From NCBI GenBank assembly GCA_963827655.1, contig CAWHCF010000006.1, positions 1 to 64,000 of the forward strand: 64,000 bases of DNA, given 5' to 3'. The position numbers and the translations under genes were made by a program. This document shows positions 31,178-40,357 of the stretch, piece by piece (position 1 is the first letter of the stretch; the number at the start of each line of letters is the position of its first letter). Origin of the DNA: an uncultured Acidobacteriota bacterium. Lineage in GTDB: Bacteria > Acidobacteriota > UBA6911. The notes beneath the pieces were generated by a model. That model did not search any database. It was not told where the DNA came from and worked only from the letters and a program-made list of their open reading frames with translations.

Positions 31178-31229
31178 GGAGGGATACCGGCACGTCCGGT
31201 CCCTCCTTGCCGAGAACCCTGCTCGGCAA
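31178..31229 (+). terminator. Tandem hairpins after tolC, possible terminator
   Basis: GGAGGGA-T-ACCGG...CCGGT-CCCTCC followed by TTGCCGAG...CTCGGCAA. No clear U-tract. Confidence 0.4.
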
Positions 31230-31556
31230 CCCCCCTCACCGCGACCGGACGCACCAGTATTCCCAGAGAACGAGCTCGCCAGCGAGTTCTGACTTTGTGG
31301 CAAGCGCATCAGCGTCAAGGTACCGAACGTCGATGAAGTTGGAAATGACTTAAAGGTGAAATCTCTGTTACTGAAGTCCACGTGAGACGCCATAAATTTG
31401 GTGTCGTATTGCTGACAGGCTCTTTGGAGTGCGCAAGCTTGCTTCCAATTCGGCCAACCGAGAATTGACCATCCTTCACCGACGGTCAGCCAGCTCGATT
31501 CACTCCATGACGAGAATCATAGGAGCGACACGACGATCCGGCGAAGCAAGCCTCGC

Positions 31557-31588
31557 CAATCCGCAATCCGCAATCTGCAATCCGCAAT
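31557..31588. repeat. Heptamer array (CAATCCG)n
   Basis: CAATCCG CAATCCG CAATCTG CAATCCG CAAT; same unit order as the right arm of the 50717-50830 element. Confidence 0.85.
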
Positions 31589-31599
31589 TTGAATCGGTG

Positions 31600-33372
31600 T
31601 CACCCCGCTTCAGCGCGCACCTTGTCAGCGGACGTTAATTCATAGCCGAGACGGATGGTAAAAGTTGAGCCCACGCCTACCCGGCTGGTGACCGAGACCC
31701 GGCCCCCCTGACTTTCAATCGCATGCTTCGCGATGGCCAGGCCCAACCCGGTCGAACCGGAGCTGCGCGACCGCGCCTTGTCGACTCGATAGAAGCGCTC
31801 GAAAATCCGAGGAAGCTCCTCCGCAGGAATTCCAATCCCGGTGTCCGTAATGTCGAGTACAAATGCGCGGCCGTTATCCAGATACCCTGCAATCTCGATC
31901 TTGCCTCCCGGCCGGTTATAGTTGATCGCGTTATCGAGCAGGTTGGAAATTGCGGTGACGAGCAGAGCGCGATCGGCCTGCACGTAAAATGTCGGACAAT
32001 CCAACGATACACCGATGCCACGCTGCGCAAGCGCCGCCTGCCGCCCGGCAAGTTCCTCTCCAATGATAGAGCGCAGCTCGACCTGTTCCTTCTTCGCCAC
32101 CAGCTCGGACTCGATCTTGGCAAGAGTGAGCAAGTCTTTCACCAGCGTCTCCAGCTGGCGCGCATTACGCTCGATGACGTTCAAGAATTCTTTTCTCAAG
32201 GCCCGGTCTTCCCCGGCGCGAGTAAGCAGCGTCTCGGCGTAGCCGCGAATCGAGGTCAGGGGGGTCTTGAACTCATGGGATACATTGGCAACGAAATCCC
32301 TTCGCATTTTTTCGATCCGGCGAATGTCGGTCAGATCGTGAAACACGATCACGGCGCCTTCAAGTCCGCCTGCCTCATTGGAGACCGGAGTGATGTGAGC
32401 TCTCAGGACGCGTCCCGATTCGGAAGTCAGTTCAACCACGCTTCCTTGAGAGTTATCCAGCACCTTGCGCACGGCACGATCAAAAGCCTCATTGCGGAAA
32501 ACCCGCTGAGGCGACCTGCCGATAAGATCATCTTCGCTGCGCAGAATCTCGAGCATCGACCTGTTCGTCAAGCCGATGCGGCCGGTGCGATCCAAAACCA
32601 TGATTCCTTCCCCCATCGCACCGAGAATCAACTCGAGCCTCTGCTTCCCCTCGGATAACTCGTGAATCTTTGAACTCAGATTTTCCGCCATGGTATTCAG
32701 AGCCGCGCGCAACGCCGCAATTTCATCGTCGCCTCCCGAGGGCAGACGATGCGTCAAATCTCCGGTAGCCATCCGTTTGGCAGCGCGCGCAATCTCGCGA
32801 ATCGGGCGAGAGAGCTTCAAGGAGACTGCATAGCCGAACAGCAGCATCAAGACCAGGGAAGCAACAGTCGCGATTATCAGCCGGAAGCGCAGCTCCCCAA
32901 TCAAGACGGCTACGTCGGTCAACGGCATAGCCAGCCGAAGCACGCCCGCGTCCAGGCGCTTCGCGACGTACATGAAGTTTTTCCGGACCGTTGCGCTCTG
33001 ACGCACCGATTTCCCTATGCCGACTCTTTTCGCTTCGAGGACTTCCGGCCGGTCGGCGTGATTTTCGACATTCTCCAGCGCAATGCCGTCCAGCTCGGAG
33101 TCTCCCAGCACACGGCCGTCCGTTGCTATCAGGGTGACCCGGACGTTGAGCATCTCCGCGAGCTCGTCGACCACATCGTCGGACCTCCCGGGCGCTGTTT
33201 CCCGGGCCAGGTAAGCTCCGGCAACCGTACAGTCGCGCCGAAGCTGCTGCTCGATCTGGTTTTCCAGATACCACGTGAGGGAAGAATTCAGGATCAGGTC
33301 GAGAACGCCCAGCGTGATGACGATGAGAAGCAGGTTCCAAAGAAGCAGTCGAACATGAAGACGAGGCTTCAC
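31600..33372 (-). CDS. phoR: PhoR-like sensor histidine kinase (HAMP-PAS-HisKA-HATPase)
   Basis: ENHADRPEV extracytoplasmic motif, RRDFVANVSHEFKTPLTSIRG, RIFERFYRVDKARSR, GSTGLGLAI. Confidence 0.9.
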   Translation of the reverse strand: MKPRLHVRLLLWNLLLIVITLGVLDLILNSSLTWYLENQIEQQLRRDCTVAGAYLARETAPGRSDDVVDELAEMLNVRVTLIATDGRVLGDSELDGIALENVENHADRPEVLEAKRVGIGKSVRQSATVRKNFMYVAKRLDAGVLRLAMPLTDVAVLIGELRFRLIIATVASLVLMLLFGYAVSLKLSRPIREIARAAKRMATGDLTHRLPSGGDDEIAALRAALNTMAENLSSKIHELSEGKQRLELILGAMGEGIMVLDRTGRIGLTNRSMLEILRSEDDLIGRSPQRVFRNEAFDRAVRKVLDNSQGSVVELTSESGRVLRAHITPVSNEAGGLEGAVIVFHDLTDIRRIEKMRRDFVANVSHEFKTPLTSIRGYAETLLTRAGEDRALRKEFLNVIERNARQLETLVKDLLTLAKIESELVAKKEQVELRSIIGEELAGRQAALAQRGIGVSLDCPTFYVQADRALLVTAISNLLDNAINYNRPGGKIEIAGYLDNGRAFVLDITDTGIGIPAEELPRIFERFYRVDKARSRSSGSTGLGLAIAKHAIESQGGRVSVTSRVGVGSTFTIRLGYELTSADKVRAEAG

Positions 33373-33376
33373 CGTT

Positions 33377-34063
33377 TTACCCTTTTTCGAACATAACCAT
33401 CCTGAATCCTATTCCGCGGACCGTTTCGAGCCTGAATGCCTCGAAGCCCAGCTTCTCCCGAAGCCGGCCTATATGAGTGTCAAGAGTCCTGGACGTGTGC
33501 TCGTTCCTATGGCCCCAAAAACGGTCCAAAAGGTTATCGCGGGTAACAACGTCTCCTCCGGCCTCGATCAGCGCCGCGAGCAAATCGAATTCCTTGTTGG
33601 TAAGCTCGACCGGTTGACCTTCAACGATACACTCATGCCTTCCGAAAGAAATGCGGATCCCCCCGATTCTCAGGCATTCCTTTTCCTCTTCCTCTTTCTT
33701 GCGCCGCAGGATGGATCTTACCCGAAGAACAAGTTCTTTGGGGCTGAAAGGTTTGGTGACGTAGTCGTCCGCGCCCGTCTCGAGTCCCATCACGCGATCG
33801 GCCTCCTCGGTGCGCGCCGTCAGCATTATGACGGGAATGTTGCGTGAGTTCTCGCCTCGACGCAAGTTTCGACAAACCTCGATCCCATCCAGATCCGGCA
33901 GCATGAGATCGAGGATGATCAGGTCCGGGTTTTCCTGTGAGACGATCTCGAGAGCCTGACGCCCGGTTCCCGCACGCAGTGGCTCATAACCCTCCTGTTG
34001 CATGTGGTAACTTACCAGCACCAGAATATCGGGATCGTCATCTACGATCAGAACACGGTTCAT
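33377..34063 (-). CDS. phoB: PhoB-like OmpR-family response regulator
   Basis: DLIILDLMLP, IMLTAR.EE.DRV.GLE.GADDYVTKPFSPKEL, RTLDTHIGRLREKL; directly upstream of phoR. Confidence 0.85.
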   Translation of the reverse strand: MNRVLIVDDDPDILVLVSYHMQQEGYEPLRAGTGRQALEIVSQENPDLIILDLMLPDLDGIEVCRNLRRGENSRNIPVIMLTARTEEADRVMGLETGADDYVTKPFSPKELVLRVRSILRRKKEEEEKECLRIGGIRISFGRHECIVEGQPVELTNKEFDLLAALIEAGGDVVTRDNLLDRFWGHRNEHTSRTLDTHIGRLREKLGFEAFRLETVRGIGFRMVMFEKG

Positions 34064-34109
34064 AGCAGATTCGCCCTGGGGGAGTGCCAATCACCACTAA
34101 AAAGCACAA

Positions 34110-34137
34110 GTTACAACGTTGTAAAGAGATGGTAAAG
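34110..34137 (-). promoter_or_regulatory. Three 11-bp-period direct repeats (Pho-box-like) upstream of phoBR
   Basis: Plus strand GTTACA (34110), GTAAAG (34121), GTAAAG (34132); same core and period as at 14583 and 14594. Confidence 0.6.
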
Positions 34138-34432
34138 ATAGTGAGTCGACCAGGCAGTGTCTCTACCGTGCTCTTTCCGTTCGTAGATTGGATTTCGAAA
34201 ATAACGCCGCTGAGCACGTGCAAGCCACGTTGCGTCCTGTTACGTGCACGTGATCGTGGACGCGGCGATCTAATCAAGCGAAGCACGCGCAATGACGACG
34301 ACCTCCAGAAACACTCAGTAGGCCAAACTTCATGGAATCTTCACATGCAACGGCAGCTGACTTGTGGCATACATCACCGCGATCGGAGAACAAGGCTGAT
34401 TACTAAGAGCTAACCACTGCTCAGGGGTGACT

Positions 34433-35131
34433 ATGCCGAAAAAGATTCTCGTGGTCGAAGACGATCAAGATCTGGTCGGGCTGCTCAAATACAACCTCGA
34501 ACAGGAGGGCTTCAGGGTGAACTATGCCACCGATGGAAGCGTGGCACTCCCTTCGATACGGAAGTATCTGCCGGATCTGCTCATTCTCGATCTGATGCTT
34601 CCGGGCATGGACGGTCTGGAGGTCTGCCGGCAGATCCGTCAATCCAACAAATACATGGCTCTTCCGGTGCTCATGCTGACGGCGCGGGGCGAAGAGGCCG
34701 ACCGCGTGGTGGGCCTGGAACTTGGGGCCGACGACTATGTCACTAAACCGTTCAGCCTGCGTGAACTCATTGCCCGGGTTCGCGCCCTTCTGCGCCGGCG
34801 CGAGATCTTCAATCTACACACCCGTGTGCTTCAGCGGAAGGATCTGTTCATCGACCCGCAATCCCACATGGTGCGGGTCAACAACAGGGCGATCGATTTG
34901 ACCGCTCTCGAATTCAGACTGCTCTACTTCCTGGCGTCAAATCCCGGGACAGTGTTCTCGCGCGATCGCCTGCTTGATCTTGTTTGGGGAAATGAGCGCA
35001 ACGTGACGCCGCGCAGCGTCGATGTCTATGTTCGCCGGCTGCGCGAGAAACTCGAGACTCACGGCGAAGTTCCGGTGTACGTCCAGACCGTGCATGGAGT
35101 CGGTTACAGATTCACCGCCGCTGAGGACTGA
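34433..35131 (+). CDS. Second PhoB-like OmpR-family response regulator
   Basis: DLLILDLMLP, GADDYVTKPFS, RSVDVYVRRLREKL, QTVHGVGYRF. Confidence 0.92.
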   Translation: MPKKILVVEDDQDLVGLLKYNLEQEGFRVNYATDGSVALPSIRKYLPDLLILDLMLPGMDGLEVCRQIRQSNKYMALPVLMLTARGEEADRVVGLELGADDYVTKPFSLRELIARVRALLRRREIFNLHTRVLQRKDLFIDPQSHMVRVNNRAIDLTALEFRLLYFLASNPGTVFSRDRLLDLVWGNERNVTPRSVDVYVRRLREKLETHGEVPVYVQTVHGVGYRFTAAED

Positions 35132-35156
35132 CCCGCGAAAGTCCCGGGCGCGAAGT

Positions 35157-36242
35157 TCAATCGGCTTTCCCCTGAAGCGACGACGCGTCGATCCCGAGTT
35201 CATCCGCAGTCTGGCTGATCCCGTCCAGCGTGTCGGAGCTCAGAGGGATCCCTTCCTGGCGGTAGTGCCGCTCCGTTTCGGCCTCGAGTTCGCCCGGAGC
35301 ATAAATCCGGTCGCAACCAGGAGCTTTCTTGCTGCCGCGAATCTGACGAACAATCTGATCCACCCGTCGCTTGAAGAGGCCGGGATCTTCAAAGGCCGAG
35401 ACGTTCAGGGCCAGAAAGAAATGGCCATCGAGTCCCGACTTCGGACCTTCAATCATGTTTCCGGTCTCCGTCCCATAACCCGCTCCTGAAAGAAGAGCCG
35501 AGAGCAAGCCCATCACCAAAGCCAATCCAGTACCCTTGTATCCTCCGATCGGCTGGAGAAGTCCCTCCAGCGCAACCGCAGTGTCAGTGGTGGGATCTCC
35601 GTGGTTGTCGAACGCCCAGTTGCCTGGGATCGCCAGTCCCTTCTGGTGGTAGACGCGGATCTTTCCATGGGAGGATGCGCTGAAAGCGATATCGAGAACG
35701 ACAGGTGGCTCGTCCCCTGCTGGAATCGCCACCGAAAGCGGGTTAATGCCCAGGATTTTTTCAACCCCTCCCCAGGGCGCCATGGTCGGCAAGGAATGGG
35801 TCGTGGCGATACCGATCATGTCGCCGCTCAGAGCCAGCATGGCGTAAAAGGCCATGGCGCCGCAATGATTGCTCCGTCTCACGGCGGCTGCCGCCAGGTT
35901 TGTGGTTCGAGCTCTCTCGATGGCCTGGCGCATGGCGAAGGTAGCCCCGATCTGCCCCATGCTGTTGCCGCCATCCACAACCAGCGCGGCGATGGAATCC
36001 TTGATCACTCGAGGCTCTCCGGCGGGATTGACTCCTCCCTCCTTGAGCTTGCGCACGTATTCCGGAACGCGCAAGACACCATGCGAGTGACACCCTCTCA
36101 GGTCGGCCACCACCAGAGTCTCAGTCAACAAGGAGGCATCGCGCGAGGACATACCGCAGTTCTGGAAGATCGCGGCTACGATCGCCTGCAGATTTGAGGC
36201 TGAAATCAGAACGTCTCTTTTACCTCTGGGATATCCGGCCAT
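35157..36242 (-). CDS. Ldh_2 family oxidoreductase (malate/L-lactate/ureidoglycolate dehydrogenase-like)
   Basis: ADLRGCHSHG, RRSNHCG, LGINP, GGYKGTGL, PGELE. Confidence 0.93.
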   Translation of the reverse strand: MAGYPRGKRDVLISASNLQAIVAAIFQNCGMSSRDASLLTETLVVADLRGCHSHGVLRVPEYVRKLKEGGVNPAGEPRVIKDSIAALVVDGGNSMGQIGATFAMRQAIERARTTNLAAAAVRRSNHCGAMAFYAMLALSGDMIGIATTHSLPTMAPWGGVEKILGINPLSVAIPAGDEPPVVLDIAFSASSHGKIRVYHQKGLAIPGNWAFDNHGDPTTDTAVALEGLLQPIGGYKGTGLALVMGLLSALLSGAGYGTETGNMIEGPKSGLDGHFFLALNVSAFEDPGLFKRRVDQIVRQIRGSKKAPGCDRIYAPGELEAETERHYRQEGIPLSSDTLDGISQTADELGIDASSLQGKAD

Positions 36243-36267
36243 GCCCATCCTTTCGTGCGAGATTGAG

Positions 36268-36305
36268 CTAACCACGAAGACACGAAGACACCAAGAAACG
36301 CGAAG
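36268..36305 (+). repeat. Octamer (CACGAAGA)n array, one arm
   Basis: CTAAC CACGAAGA CACGAAGA CACCAAGA AACGCGAAG. Confidence 0.75.
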
Positions 36306-36494
36306 TATCATCAAGCCTGCATGGGCTGGAAGAACAGAGTCATCGCGTACGTCGAATTCCATGTCGCATATTACCCAAAGAAATGCGCAGGGGTCACTGA
36401 ATTTCACCGGATTCTCGGCAGCACTTGATGCCGATCCGATGAACCTGTATCTTTCGTCAATCGTCCCCTTTTTTTTACAGGTCAGGAGATTCAT

Positions 36495-37373
36495 ATGTCG
36501 ATCCGAACAGCGTCGAGCATTACCAATGACGCGGGAGACACTAATCTTGTCTTCGACAAGAAGGCTTCATGGGACCAGATCCGACTCAGACACTGCAGGG
36601 TTCGCCGGGGAGAAGCGCTTCACCACGGGCATGCCGAAGACCATATTTTTATTCCTCTTGAAGGATCTTTCTATTCCGAGGTCCCATCGGCGGCGGGCGG
36701 ACAGAGAACCGTGCGCGGCGTCGCCGGCAATACCTGCATCATTCCGGCAGGTCTGGGTTATTCGGCACACTGGGAGGATGACCTGGAGCATCTCTCTATC
36801 TTCCTGGATCCGCTACTGCTGACGCGCGTCGCGAGGGAGATGTTCATGAGCGAGCGCGTCGAGCTGGTTGATACTTGCGCCGGGGAGGATCCTTTGATCC
36901 GCCACATCGGGCTCGCGCTCCTGGCGGAGATCGGATCCGAAGGCTCGCCGGCGCGTTTGTACGTCGACTCGCTGGTAAACACTCTGGCGATTCACCTTCT
37001 CAGAAACCACGCCACCCTTGATTTGAAGTGGAAATCTTTCTCCGGCGGCCTGGCCGGATACAGGCTGCGACGTGCCACCGAGTTTATCGAAGAGAGTCTC
37101 GCAGATGACCTGAGCCTCGCCGAAATCGCCCGGGCAGCCGATTTGAGTCCGTATCATTTTGCGCGCTCCTTCAAACAATCGACAGGTCTGACGCCGCTGC
37201 GTTATCTGATGGAGCGACGCATCGAGCGAGCCAAGCATCTGCTGGCCGATACCGAATTACCCATCGTGCAAGTGAGTTATCAGGTCGGTTTCAAGAGCCA
37301 GAGTCACTTCACGACGATCTTCCGCAGGCTTACTGCAACGACACCCAGGGCATACCGCAAGGCGGTGCTGTAG
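36495..37373 (+). CDS. AraC family transcriptional regulator
   Basis: DLSLAEIA...LSPYHFARSFKQSTGLTP, VGFKSQSHFT. AGGAG RBS. Confidence 0.95.
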   Translation: MSIRTASSITNDAGDTNLVFDKKASWDQIRLRHCRVRRGEALHHGHAEDHIFIPLEGSFYSEVPSAAGGQRTVRGVAGNTCIIPAGLGYSAHWEDDLEHLSIFLDPLLLTRVAREMFMSERVELVDTCAGEDPLIRHIGLALLAEIGSEGSPARLYVDSLVNTLAIHLLRNHATLDLKWKSFSGGLAGYRLRRATEFIEESLADDLSLAEIARAADLSPYHFARSFKQSTGLTPLRYLMERRIERAKHLLADTELPIVQVSYQVGFKSQSHFTTIFRRLTATTPRAYRKAVL

Positions 37374-37401
37374 ATTCTTGCGCGTCTTCGTGTCCTGGTT
37401 A

Positions 37402-37634
37402 GGGTTCGCGCAGAAATAAGTTCGCATTCTGCTGCAGGCCCCCAGGCCCGCTGGCAAGGCGCGAGCGACGATGCGTACCCGGTGCGGTACGTGAGGAGCG
37501 AGCAACAAAGCCAGCGGGCCTGCGGGCCGCAGCCCGAAGGGGCGCGATCCTCAGCGTGCTTAGCAAAAGAAAACCCGTTCATGATTGACCACCGACTCTC
37601 GCGCCAGAATGTGAAGTTATTTCTGCGCGAGCCC
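37402..37634 (-). mobile_element. MITE copy 2 (233 bp, TTA target duplication), inserted in an octamer palindrome
   Basis: TTA|GGGTTCGCGCAGAAATAAG...TTATTTCTGCGCGAGCCC|TTA. Flanks CGCGTCTTCGTGTCC / GGATACGAAGGCGCG are complementary. Confidence 0.92.
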
Positions 37635-37797
37635 TTAGTGCCTGGATACGAAGGCGCGAAGCTCTCGCAAAGGCAGCATTCCAGCAAGATCATGAAATAA
37701 TCGGCAACCGCAGAAAAGACAGCCCAACGCGTCAATCGCTAGACTCCTGTGTGACGAGCACCTCACGTCGTCTTCCGGTTCAACCTGGGAGGGAGTC

Positions 37798-38514
37798 ATG
37801 CAAGGCAAGAATTTCTTGAATGCAATCTGGGCCATGCCGCTGCTGTTCACCACGGCGATCTTCGCCGACGGTGGTGCCGGTGAGGCAATTCAGCGCGGCA
37901 ATGAGGCTTTTGGCCGCGGCCACTACCAGCTGGCAATTTTCGAATACCAGGCGGCGCTGGCGGTGGATTCCCGCCGGCACTATGTCATGGCGCGCTACAA
38001 CATCGGCGTCTGTTACTTCAAACTGGGCCGTTTGAGCGACGCCGTGCGCGAGTATCGAGCCGCGATCGCGGCCGGCGACGGGCAGTACTCGAAGGCGCTT
38101 TATGCGCTCGGCGTCGCACTGGAAGATCTGGGGCAATGGGACGAGGCCAGGTCCGCCTTGACCCGAGCGGTTGAACTCTCCGGAGGACGGCATGTAGAAG
38201 CGCTGTTTGAGCTGGGCCTCATACGCCACCGCGAAGGCGATTTTGAAGCTGCCTCCAACCATTTTCGGCGGGCGGTCGCGCAAGTGACCGGAATCTTCCC
38301 GGCCGGGCTCAACAACCTGGGCGTAACCCTGGCGGCACTCGGTCGTCTGTCCGAGGCCGAGCAAGCCTTCGAAAAGGCGCTCGCTCAATCCAGGGGCCGT
38401 CTAGTAGAGGCGCGTCGGAATCTCAGACTCTGCCGCGCCGCGCGCTCGTCTCCCTTTCGAGAACGGCTGGCAAGTCTGACGATAGCCGGAAGAAACGACG
38501 CGGCGGGTAATTAA
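37798..38514 (+). CDS. Secreted TPR protein
   Basis: Signal peptide; repeats ARYNIGVCY, ALYALGVAL, ALFELGLI, LNNLGVTL. Confidence 0.88.
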   Translation: MQGKNFLNAIWAMPLLFTTAIFADGGAGEAIQRGNEAFGRGHYQLAIFEYQAALAVDSRRHYVMARYNIGVCYFKLGRLSDAVREYRAAIAAGDGQYSKALYALGVALEDLGQWDEARSALTRAVELSGGRHVEALFELGLIRHREGDFEAASNHFRRAVAQVTGIFPAGLNNLGVTLAALGRLSEAEQAFEKALAQSRGRLVEARRNLRLCRAARSSPFRERLASLTIAGRNDAAGN

Positions 38515-38733
38515 GGGTTCGCGCAGAAATAAGTTCGCATTCTGCTGCAGGCCCCCAGGCCCGCTGGCGAGGCGCGAGCGACGATGCGTACCCGGCGCGG
38601 TACGTGAGAGAGCAAAAAAGCGGGCCTGCGGCCGCGAAGGCGCGCGATTCCGAGCGTGCGCAGCTAAGGGAAACCGGTTCATGATTGACCACCAGTCTCG
38701 CGCCAGAATGTGAAGTTATTTCTGCGCGAGCCC
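38515..38733 (-). mobile_element. MITE copy 3 (219 bp, TAA target duplication equal to the TPR gene stop codon)
   Basis: TAA|GGGTTCGCGCAGAAATAAG...TTATTTCTGCGCGAGCCC|TAA; internal deletions relative to copies 1 and 2. Confidence 0.9.
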
Positions 38734-38820
38734 TAAGATATAATCCTGGCTTTGCGTCTCAGCGGTCGGTTCTTGTTCGATCAGGATCAACCGAGATGAC
38801 GCAAGGACACCGCCAGGATC

Positions 38821-39381
38821 ATGAAAAAAGATCGCTCGGTCTCAGCCGCCCTCGCCCCGATCGTGCTGCCCGATGTGGATGGAAACGAGATTCTCCTGGG
38901 CTCGCTATGGGCTGACCATCCGGCAGTGGTGGTCTTTCTACGGCACTATGGATGAATCTTCTGCTGGGAACACGTCGCGCAGTTGCGCGACTGCGAAGAG
39001 GGTTTTCGCTCTGCCGGCGCCGGTCTCGTCGCGGTGGGGCTGGGCGATGCCCGTCACGCCCGCGCTTTTCGCGATGGTACCGGCATTCGCTTCACCCTGC
39101 TGGTTGATGAGCACAGGAAGGCCTATCACGCCGCCGAACTGAGGGTCGCGTCCTTGCTTCACATCTTCCGTGGCGACAATGCCAGGGCCCGAGCCCGGGC
39201 CCGGCAGGCCGGACACCGGCAGCGTCGCCACGGGCGGCATCCCTTTCAACTTGGCGGAAGCTTCGTCTTCGCCCCCGGGCACGTCGATCTCTTCTCCCAT
39301 ATTTCTGAGACCTTCGGTGACAACGCCTCGCCCGATACTTTGCTCGCGGTGGTGCGGGAATCTTCGCGTCTTCGTGGTTAG
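38821..39381 (+). CDS. Peroxiredoxin-like (AhpC/TSA_2, PRXL2-type) selenoprotein with a UxxC motif, 186 aa
   Basis: ATG 38821 reads LPDVDG...LGSLW..HPAVVVFLRHYG-TGA(38953)-IFC and continues in frame to QLGGSFVF. TGA sits at the first Cys of the family CxxC motif. Confidence 0.88.
38957..38999 (+). promoter_or_regulatory. Putative bacterial SECIS element
   Basis: Upper stem GTCGCGC/GCGCGAC with loop AGTT (G at position 2), starting 25 nt after TGA. Lower pairing TCTTC/GAAGA. Confidence 0.72.
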
Positions 39382-39412
39382 TGCGGCGGCACAATAAGCC
39401 AACCACCAAGGC
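39360..39412. repeat. Octamer-based REP-like element overlapping the selenoprotein stop
   Basis: TCTTCGCGTCTTCGTGGTTAG...AACCACCAAGGC. Confidence 0.65.
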
Positions 39413-39653
39413 GAACGCAGCCGTGAGGCGGCAAAAATGATCAAGAATGCCTGGCCGCGCTGAGCTATCAGCCGTCAGCGGTCAGCTATCAGCTTTGGCC
39501 AACGGCGTTGCTAGTTTCTGAATGAGAGACGTAAGCATTCGTTTTACTTCGATTACTTGGGCTTCTAATCAACGTGCTGCAACTCGCGGCATAAAAATGT
39601 TGCTCGAAAAACAAGATTTCACAGTCGTGTAATACGAAGATTCGAAGAAAACG

Positions 39654-40082
39654 CTAAGGCAGCCGCAAACGATCTTCTGCCCGCCTGGGTGCCGGACTTG
39701 ATTCGGCTTCGCGAGCTAGACGCGGAGAAGCCAGGGATTCGACCGCTTTTGCCTGAGCAAGACTCCTGGTCAATGAATCCGGCGCGCGGGCGTATGAAAC
39801 CTTTTTGTCGATGGCTCGACCTGCGAAATAGCCGCCAATGGCGCCGGCGATGGCTCCTATCGCTACGTTCCTGGTCATTTTCTGGGTCGCGTTTATGGCA
39901 TCGTCATCGGATAAACTGTAACCAAGGAAAAATCCACCGACCGCTCCGGCGCTTACCCCGATGATTCGGCCAAGATGGCGTTCGTCGGATCTTGAACCCG
40001 CCGGGCTCTGGGGAAAGACTGGCGAGGAGCTGAATAGCACAGTCGAGAGTAAGGATAAAACCAGGCCTGATCTGAGTCTCAT
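39654..40082 (-). CDS. Hypothetical secreted glycine-zipper protein
   Basis: Signal peptide; GVSAGAVGG and GAIAGAIGGYFAGRAID. AAGGAG RBS. Confidence 0.7.
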   Translation of the reverse strand: MRLRSGLVLSLLSTVLFSSSPVFPQSPAGSRSDERHLGRIIGVSAGAVGGFFLGYSLSDDDAINATQKMTRNVAIGAIAGAIGGYFAGRAIDKKVSYARAPDSLTRSLAQAKAVESLASPRLAREAESSPAPRRAEDRLRLP

Positions 40083-40357
40083 AACCAAGTCTCCTTTCTT
40101 GTCAGACTCTGGCAACGCAATGCGGATGCCAGCCCAAAAGCCCGATAAACAGGCATTTCCAGACTGCGACGCCGCAAGAACTCACGGCATTTGACGCGTT
40201 TCTTGCCAGGCGGGACGTCTTCGGGTTTGATTTCCTCGTAAACCGTTCATCCGAAAAAAGACGCGCAAACACAGGACCGGAAGTATTCGCGACGGGCGCG
40301 GAGCAAGGCTGGCATACGGCTTGCGACGTTCGGGAGATGACAGATCAGGAGGATGGG

